This document shows positions 50,755 through 60,600 of a stretch of 64,000 bases of DNA, in pieces. The position numbers were made by a program, and so were the translations under genes. The stretch's first letter is position 1. The number at the start of each line of letters is the position of its first letter. The notes under the pieces are model-generated. The model had not been told where the DNA came from, ran no database searches, and worked only from the letters and a program-made list of their open reading frames with translations. Source of the stretch: Gammaproteobacteria bacterium (GTDB lineage Bacteria > Pseudomonadota > Gammaproteobacteria > Eutrophobiales > Eutrophobiaceae); the NCBI GenBank assembly GCA_965221695.1, contig OZ244905.1, positions 800,001 to 864,000 of the forward strand, in the 5' to 3' direction.

Positions 50755-51613
50755 CTAATTGATACCTGCTCCCGGCGCCTTTACCCAGCCTGTTCAGAAA
50801 AGCCTTCTCGGTCAGGGATTTCAGCGCGAACTGGATTGTGCGCCTGGGTAGAACGGTGTTTTTTACGATATCGGCGACTTTCAGTTTTATTTTCGGGTTG
50901 GATTTAAAATACTCCAAGACCGTAACCGCTGTTTCGGATAATGACTGGAGATGCGCGTACTTCTCTCGATATACAGCGATATCGGCAAGCGACTCCGCAA
51001 AAACCTTGAGAAAAAAAAGGACCAGGTTATCGAATTTATACAGCTTTGGATCCGTATGGAACCTGCCGTCTGAGGACTGGCGCAGTACGCTGTAATATTG
51101 GGTCTTGTTCTGCTCAATTTTTCTGTCTATCGCCAGGTATGAAGCGATTTCCCGCAGGTATTTGTCATCTGACTGCAAGAGTACCAACAGGAACAATGCC
51201 CTCCCCAGCCGGCCGTTCCCATCCTGGAACGGGTGTATCGCCAGGAAGCGAAAGGTAAATTCGATGGCCGTGAGCAGGGGCCAGTGATAGGTATCGGCAG
51301 TCCTGTTGTACCAATCAACTAGCTCGGCCATTGCCATTTCGGTCATCACCCCGGGGTCGATGGGTTCCAGAACAGTGCGTTCTTCACCGGTTTGATTATT
51401 TCTTGAGACAACCTTGTTGGTTACGGTTTTATACGCTCCTGCAAAATGTTCGGCAGGAGGATAGTATTTCAGCAATTCCCGGTGGAGTCCCCGGATTGTA
51501 GTCTGGGTTAATGGTTTCAGTTCATCCGCCTGAAGATATATTGTCGTGAGCACACTCCGGCTGCCTACGACTTCTTCGATACTCCTTTGCCTGCTGAATG
51601 GGATAGGTGTCAT
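50744..51613 (-). pseudogene. Fic family protein, probably N-terminally truncated, C-terminus altered by a MITE
   Basis: HPFQDGNGRLGR Fic motif and C-terminal wHTH; family similarity begins abruptly at EEVVG; native stop reconstructs at 50592-50594. Confidence 0.7.
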
Positions 51614-51646
51614 TCCCGCGCGCCCAGGGAGGGTGGGGGACAGCCT

Positions 51647-54600
51647 TTACCTGTACCCCCACTGCAGGTTCAGCCACAAGCTGTGCTCCGGCGCTGCGTT
51701 CCAGAATGACTCCTCGCGCATGCCTTCAAAGCCTACACGCAGCACGCTGCCGCCTAGCAGCACATCGCTCATCTCTGCGCCCAGGGTGAAACGGCGGGAA
51801 CTCTCGCCTAAACCCGTGGCGCTGCTGTACAGGGTCCACAACCGGTCCCGGACAAACAGCCCGTAGCCCAACTCTGTCTGCATACTGAACTGGTACTCAT
51901 CCGCATCCGGACTGCGCTGCCCGCGCACCATGTCATCGATGTTGCGCTCCCACAACCGCTGGGCGCCCCCCTCCAGGCTGCCCAGGCTGCGCGTCGGACT
52001 GTAATGCGGACTTAAGCGCAGCATCCAGCCCGTGCCGTCCGCCTGGTACGACTTCTCCAGCAATGCGCTCGCCTGCCACTCACGATAATCCGAATTCGCC
52101 AGCAAACCGCCGCCGCGCAGTTGCGCCAGCCAGCCCGTCTGCGTGATATAGCGCAAACCACCGGCCAGGTCCAACCCGGCCCCACTGTTACCATCGCCCT
52201 CGTCTACCCGCACGCCCAGCTCGGCAAACTGCTCAAACTGCCCCGCATCCACCACCGAGGTATGGCTGCCCGCAAACACCGCACGCAAGCGTTGTACATC
52301 CACGTCCGGCGCGTCCTCCGCCGACATCGCCGCATACAGCATCTCGCTGCGGAAGTCCAACTGCCAGGCGCCATCCTGGTACAACTCGCCATTCAGACCC
52401 AGCGCCGCCATGTACAGCTCCAGGTCGGACTCCTCAAGGTATGTCTCCTCATCCACCGTCAGGTCCAGGTCGCCCGCCGCATAACCCAGCGTGCCCCAAA
52501 CACTCAGGTTCTCCGACACCAGCCAATCCGCATACGGATGGATGCCCGTCAGACTGACATCGTAATCGCCTGTCAGCGCGCGCCCGTCAGCGCCGCGGTC
52601 GGTATAGTCAAAGCGCGCCTCGGTGCGGGACAGGGCCGCGCCCACCAGCGCCTGCTCACTCACGCGCATATCCGCGCCCAGGTGGAAACTGGCCACGCCG
52701 CCGTCCCAATCCACCGCACCATCGCCCTTACTGCGCAACTCGTTATAGCCGCCATCACCCCAGAGTGTCACCACTTTGTCCGTTGTGCCGCCGCTTCCAT
52801 CACCGGCGCCGAAATTCAACGGCAGCACAAACGATGTCCGGCTCAGCAACTGGCGCAGATTCACCTTTCGCCGATGCTCCCAACCGCCCGGCGTGTCGAA
52901 GACCTCGAAGACTTCCGCCGCCGGCCGCAACAGCGCCGCGGTTCCCATGCCGGTTGCAGAGCGCTGAGACCTATTGTCCATGCCCGTGTAGTCTTCCCGG
53001 GTATTGCCGGCAAGCAACTGCCCCGCGCTTAGCTGTGCGGCATCTTCATCGACACCCTGCGCCAGCAAGTGCCCTGAAGTCAGAGCAATCTGACCGGCGA
53101 CCGACTGCGAAGGCCTTTCATTGAGCCCCAGTGATGGCAACGTGATCCCGATTTCTGCATGGGCGTCAGTCACCGGCGCACCGGCGACCGCCAACGACGG
53201 CAACGGTGTCGCAACTGAAGCAGGCTGACCCGCCAGCGGGCGCGCCAACACTTCTTCGATACCCAGCAGCGGCAATGTGATCCCGATCTGTGCGTAGGCG
53301 TCATTCACCGGCGCCAGGGCAAGCGCCAATGACGGCATCCGTGTGGCCACCGGGACGGGCCAATCGGCAGCCGATTGCGCAAACGCTGCGTCGATACCCA
53401 GCAATGGCAACCCGGGGCCGGTCTCTGCACCGGTTTCAGCCGCCGTCGAACCGGTTGCCGACTGCGTAAACACTGTATCAATACCCAGTAGTGGCAATTT
53501 GCTCCCGGTTTCTGCGTAGGTTTCACCCACTGGCGCTCCCGCGCCAGCCAGTGACGGCAACGGTGTGGCAACCGGCGCTGGCTGACCTGCGCCTGAGCGC
53601 GCCGGTCTCCGTTCCGGAGCCAGTCCTGCACGGCCGGCTTGCGGCCATGCCTGTGAATGTCCTGAAGATGGGGCTAACCGGCCCGCTGCGGGCGGCGCCT
53701 GGAATGGCGCTGAAACAGAACCGGCCCGGCTGCTCATCCCTGTCCTTGCGCGGGCGTTCCTTATCCGGTCGCTGAGCACCTGTGTCGTGCGCCCGACCAC
53801 CGACCGGGTCAACTGCGGCAGTACATCCTCGTGCACTCCGACCAAATCGGACTGCCCGATGCCCGCTTCGGTTACCCATACGTTAAACGTATCACTCACC
53901 GTGCCGCCATGGCCATCGGCGGCGGTCAGCGTCACGGATGTCGTTCCCACGGACAGACCTGTCAGGATCAGGACAGTGTCGGAGACGCTCACCGTCACAA
54001 TTGCGTCATGGTCCGCGTGCGCCGTGTAGGTCAGCGGATCGCCGTCCGCATCGGTGAACACACCGCTCACATCAACCTGCTCTTTGTCTTCCACCTCGAT
54101 CTCGCGGTCATCCAGGGGATCCGTGACCGCCGGCGCCCGGTTCGGATCAACAACCGTCACCATGAAAGTATCCTCCGCGGACCCACCCCTCCCGTCAGAT
54201 GCCGTCACCGTAACACGCGCCGTGCCCACGGCGATGCCGGTCAGCGTCAGGGTATCGCCCGATACCGCCACCGTGACCACGGATTCATCCGCAGAGACCG
54301 CGGCATAGGTCAACGCATCCCCGTCCGCATCGGTGAACGCGCCACTGACATCAAGCTGCCGGGTCTCGTCCACCTCCAGTTCCTGGTCCGCCAGTGGCAT
54401 GACCACATCCGGCGCCTGGTTCATGCCGGCGCCCGCTTCTATAACCGTAACCGTGAACGTATCACTGGCCTCACCGTCCCTGCCGTCAGCGGCCGTCACC
54501 GTAACATTTGTCACGCCCACGGTGATGCCGGTCAGTGTCAGGGTATTGCCTGATACCGCCACGGTGACCACTGCGTTATCGTCTGAGACCGCGGTATAGG

Positions 54601-57600
54601 TCAACGCATCGCCGTCCGCATCGATGAACGCGCCACTGACATCAAGCTGCCGGGTCTCGTCCACTTCGATCTCCTGGTCATCCAGTGGTATCGCGACTTC
54701 CGGCGCCCGGTTCATGCCGTCCGCCGAGTCCACCACCGTGACCGTAAACGTGTCGCTGGCCGCACCGCCTTTGCCGTCAGACACCGTCACCGAAACACTC
54801 GCCAAACCGACCGAGACACCGGTCACAGTCAAAAGACCCGTCGCATCCACGCTCACCGTGGCGAAGGACGGCGCATTGCTTGCCGTCCTGTACGACAGCC
54901 GATCACCGTCCGCATCCCTGAACGCGGCGGCGGCATCCAGCGTCAACGTGTCATCCACCACCACGGTCTGGTCCGGGATGGGCGCCACCAGGATCGGCGG
55001 ATGGTTCGAGGAGGATTGTGTGAAGTTGTCGGTGACCGTGACCGCGACCTCGCCGGTCAGATCATCATAGCCGCCACCGGCAGCGCCCAGCGTGACCGTG
55101 ACGCTATCGTCGTTGCCGTCATTGTCGCGCGCCGCGCGCAAGGTCACGGTCTGGGGCGTTGCATAGTCCGTGAGCGTAAACGTCAGGCTTGCGCCCTCGC
55201 TCACCGACACATCGCCGGCGCCGGACACCGCGACCGTCACGGTGTCCGCCGGCTCGTGCTCCAGGGCCACCGTAAACGTGCCCGTGCCGCCTTCGAGCAG
55301 CGTCAACTCAGTCGGGGTTATCGTGAGCGCCGCCATATCATCGTCCGTCACCGTCACCACGACCGTCTCATCGGCGTCGTCAAACTCCGCGCCGGAAGAA
55401 TCCAGCGCCACGCTGGTGGACTCGTCCTCGGCGTTGGCATCGTCCACCGGGGTAACCGTCACCGCCTGCGCCGTGGAGTAGTTGTCCGGTGTGAACGTCA
55501 GGCTCGCCGGACTCACCACGGCCGCGCTCGTATCCAAGCTTGTTACCGCCACCATCACGTTCACACTCGGTTTGACACTGAGCGCGACCGTGAATGTCTT
55601 CGCATCGCCGCCCTCGGTCAGCGTCACCGGTATGTCCGTCAATGTCAACGACGCGGACTCATCGTCCGCCACCGTCACCGCCACCTCCTCATCGGCGTCG
55701 TCAAACTCAGCGCCCGATGCGTCCAGCGTCACCGTTGTCGTCTCGTTTGCCGCATCGTCATCGCTCTGCGGGCTCACCGTCACCGTCTGCGCCTCAGTAT
55801 AGTTGTCCGGCGTGAACGTCAGACTCCCCGGACTGACCGCCACCGCGCCCGTGTCCAGGCTCGTCACCGCCACCGTCACGTTCGCGGTCGGCTTGGCGCC
55901 CAGCGCCACCGTGAACGTCTTCGCTGAGCCGCCCTCGCTCAGCGCCACCGGTGTATCCGTCAGCGTCAGTGATGCCGTCTCATCGTCCGCCACCGTCACC
56001 GCCACCGCTTCATCGGCGTCGTCAAACTCGGCGCCCGATGCGTCCAGCGTGACGGTCGTCGTCTCGTCCGCCGCATCGTCATCGTCCTGCGGCGTCACCG
56101 TCACCGTCTGCGCATTATTGTAGTCGTCCGGCGTGAATGTCAGGGTGTCCGGACTCACTGCCGCCGCGCCCGCATCCGCGCTCGTTAGCGCTACCGTCAC
56201 GTTCGCCGTCGGCTGCGCGCTGAGCAAGACCGTAAAGGTCTCCGCCGCGCCCCCCTCAGTCAGCGGGAGACTGTTGCGCGACAGGCTCAGTGAGGCGCCC
56301 TCGTCATCGGCCACTGTTACCGCCACCTCACTGTCGGCATCATCAAACTCGGCGCCGGTCGCATCGAGCGTCACCCGGGCGCTCTCATTCACCGCATCAT
56401 CGTCGTCTTGCGGTGTCACCGTCACTGTCTGCGCATCAGTATAGTTGTCCGCTGTGAATGTCAGGGTCTCCGGGCTGACCCGCGCCGCGCCCATGTCCAG
56501 GCTCGCGACCGCCACCGTCACGTTCGCCGTCGGCCTCGCGCTCAGCGCCACCGTGAACTCGCCCGCAGCGCCGCCCTCGGTCAACCCGAGGTTGTCCGGC
56601 GACAGGGCCAGCGTCGCGGTCTCATCGTCATCCACCGTCACCGCCACCGCCTCATCGGCGTCGTCAAACCCGCCGCCCGATGCATCGAGCGTCACCCGGG
56701 TACTCTCATCCGCCGCATCGTCATCGTCCTGCGGCGTCACCGTGACCGCCTGCGCGCGGGTATAGTTAGCCGGCGTGAACGTCAGGGTGTCCGGACTCAC
56801 CGCCGCCGCGCCCGCATCCGCGCTTGCGACCGCTACCGTCACATTCGCCGTCGGCTGCGCGCCCAGCGCGACCGTAAACGTCCTCGCCGCGCCGCCCTCG
56901 GTCAGCGCCACCGGCGTGTCCGTCAGCGTCAGCGATATCGTCTCATCGTCAGCCACCGTTACCGTTACGTCCTCATCGGCCGCGTCATAGTCGCCGCCGC
57001 TCGCATTCAGACTCAGTATCACACGCTCGTCCGACGCATCCAGGTCATCCAGCGGGGTGACCGTCACCGTCTGCGCACTATTGTAGTTGCTGCGCCGGAA
57101 CATCAGCGTCGCCGGACTCACCGTCACCGCCCCCGTGTCGCCATTGGCCAGCGACACGAGCACATTGGTGATCGGCTCCGCATTCAGCGCCACCGTAAAC
57201 GTCTTCGCCGCGCCCCCCTCGGTCAGCGCCACCGGCGTCCCGGTCAGCGTTAACGACGCGGTCTCATCATCGGCCACCGTCACCGTCACGTTCCTGTCGG
57301 CATTGTCATAGCCGCCGCCGCTCGCATCAAGTGTGACCATGACCCGCTCATCCGCCGCATCCGGATCCGACACCGGACTCACCGTCACTGTCTGCGGGCG
57401 ATTGTAGTTCGCCGTGTTGAACGTCAGCACCGCCGGACTCACTTCCACCGCGGCAATATCGCTGACCCACAGCCCCACGGAGACAAGGGTCGTGGGCTGA
57501 ACGCTGAGCGCCACCGTAAACGTCTTCGCCGCGCCCCCCTCGGTCAGCGCCACCGGCACGCCCGTCAGCGCCAGCGACCGGATCTCATCGTCGGCAACCG

Positions 57601-60600
57601 TCACCGTCACGGTCCGATCGGCATTGGCATACTCGGCCCCGCTGGCATCGAGCGTCAGGGTCACCCGCTCATCGGCCGCATCGGCATCGCTCTGCGGCAC
57701 TAGCGTCACCGCCTGCGCAATATTGTAGTTGTCCGGCGTGAACGTCAGATTCCCCGTACCACTCGTCCTCACTGCACCCGCATCACTGATGAACACTCTC
57801 ACATTCACGTTCGACGTCGGTCTCACCGTCAGCGCCACCGTAAACGATTTGTTCGGACCGCCCTCGAACAGCGCCACCGGCACGCCCGTCAGCGTAAGCG
57901 ACGGCGCCTCATCATCATCCACCGTGACCGCCACGTTCTCATCCGCATCGTCGTATTCGGCGCCGGAGGCATCGAGCGTCACCATGGTCGTCTCATCGGT
58001 CGCATCGGCGTCGTCCTGGGGTGTGACCGTGAGCGTCTGCGCAATATCGAAGTTGTTCGGCGTGTACGTCAGGCTCTCCGGACTCACCTCCGCCGCGCCC
58101 GCATCGGCGCTCGCGACTGCGACCGTGACAGTAGCCGTGGGCCGGGCAGTGAGCGCCGCTGTGAATATCTCGGCATTGCCGCCCTCGGTCAGTGGGATGC
58201 TGGTATCCGACAGCGCCAGCGCCGGCGGCGGTTTCGGCGTCGCCGTGGCCGGGTCTGAGGCCGGGCTTTCCAGTGTTGCCGTGGCGGCGCGAATCTGGAA
58301 CACGTACTGCCGGTTGTTGAGCAGCCTGGTCACCGTGTGCGTGGTGGTCGACGCGCCGCTGTTTTCCATGTCGGTCCAGGCATCCGTGGCATCGAAACTG
58401 TTGCCGAGCTTGTAGCGTAACTGGTACTTCGTGATCCGGGTATCCTGCGGGTCGTCCCAGGACAGTACGACCTGCGCATCGCCGCCAGTCGCGGTAAGAT
58501 TGGCCGGCTTGGCCAGGCCATCGTCATCGTCCACCGTGACCCGCACCTCGCCGGCCGCCCGGGTAAACTCAGCGCCGCTTGCCTCCAGTGCGACCGTCAC
58601 CTGCTCGTTTTCCTCGTCCGTGTCGTCCTGCGGCGTCACCGTCACCGTCTGCGCCCTACTGTAATTACCCGGCGTGAACGTCAGGCTCGCCGGACTGACC
58701 GCCGCCGCGCCCGGGTCGTCGCTCACCACCGTCACCGTCACGTTCGATTCGGGCTCAGCGCTCAAGGCCACCGTGAACGTGTCCGCCGCGCCCCCCTCGG
58801 TCAAGGCCAGCTCGGTCGGCGTGACCAGCAGCGCATAACCGACGGTGAGATGGATATCATAATCATACCTGATGCTGCCAATGCCTTCCCCCGGCAGGTT
58901 GTAGTCATTCACAGACATCACGATAATCGCGCTGCCGGAGTTGGCCAGCGGCGTAATGCGCATCTTGTTCTGACCGTCGGCGTAGTCGTACTGGTCCCGG
59001 GAATTGACCACCACACCGCGCACCACATTCTCCACCCGGAACACGCCACTCGGCGCCGGGCCGAACGAGGTCGAGTACTCGTCATACAAGGTCTGCCATG
59101 CATGCGGCCAGTCCGCGCCGGAATGGTCGCGCATCGGCCGGCAATCATCGGCGAAGATCGCAATACCGAACTCAATCGGGTCGCCATTTTGCGACAACCA
59201 GACATCCCGACGCCCCGGCGGCGCATCGGGGTCCAACAGTATCGGCCCGCGGGCGCTACAGCCGGCAGTCTTGAAGTTGAGCCACCCGTCCAGAATGTTC
59301 GGCGTCGCCGATGCCTGCGGCGAGGGTACCTGCCCAACGCCATCGACCACTGCGCGCACCTCGAACGTCAGGGACGACCCGATGGGCAGGTCAGACACGG
59401 CATGGGTGCGTGTGCTGTGGTCTTTCAGGCTGCCACGGCTGTCCCGGATATCGACCCAGCGCCCGAAATTGCCCGAGCCTTGCCTGGTGCGGTACCGCCA
59501 ACTGTCAATGGTCTCATTCGCCGTCATGGCCCAGGTCAGTGTCACCACGTCCGGTACCTCGGTCGAGGCCCTTGCCGTCAGGCTGGTCGGCGCAGCCACC
59601 GATACCGGCGTCGCCGTCACTTCCGCCGATTCGGGGCCGGGGGTGTTGGCGCTCATTGCCCGAATCCGGAAGGTGTATGCCGTGTCATTGGTCAGCCCGG
59701 TGACGGTGTGGCGGGTGGTGGCCGCGCTGCTGCCGTCAATGTCCGCCCAGTTGCCGTAATTACCGCTGCCTGCCTTCTGCCGCACCTGGTAGCGGGTGAT
59801 GCTGTTGTCGCCGGGGTCAGTCCAGCGCAGCGCCACCTGCATGTTGTTCGCGGTCGCGGTCAGGCCGGTGGGCTGGGCGGGTGGCGTCGCCGGCGTCGCG
59901 GTCACTGCCGCCGACTCGGCGCCATCGCCGATGGCGTTCACCGCCCGAACCTGGAACGTGTACGCCGTGTTGTTGGTCAGCCCGGTAACCGTGTGGCTTG
60001 TGGTGTTCCTGTTGCTGCCGGAAATGGTCGTCCAGTCGCCGTAGTTGTTATTGCCCGTCTTCTGTCGCACCTGATAGCGGGCGATGCTCCTGTTGTTCGG
60101 GTTTGTCCAGCTCAGTGCCACCTCGGTATCGCCGGCGGTAGCGGTTAATCCTGTTGGTTGGGCCGGCGGCGGCATCGGCGTCGCAGTCGCGTCTTCGGTA
60201 ATCCTGTGACCATCGGTGAACAACGACCCGATTTCGAATGTGTATTCGATGTTGTTGGTCAGCCCGGTCACTATGTGGCTGATGGTGAAAAAGTCACTAC
60301 CGGCAATGTCCGTCCAGTTGCCGTAGTTACCGCCGCTTTGCTTCCACCGCACCTGGTACCTGTCGAAAATGGTGGGAGGGTTCTGCGGGAAACCCCAAGT
60401 CCAATTCAGCGTCACCGTGGTATCGCCTGCGGTGGTCTCCAGGTCTCTCATGAAATTAAGATGTTGCCCCGGCGGGTACACATCCACCGTCAGGGCAGCC
60501 GATGCGGCGCTGTTGCCTCTGGCGTTCACCGCCCGGATCCTGATATTGTATTCGGTGTCGTTGTCCAGCCCGGTGACCCTGTGGCCGGTGGTGGTCGCGC

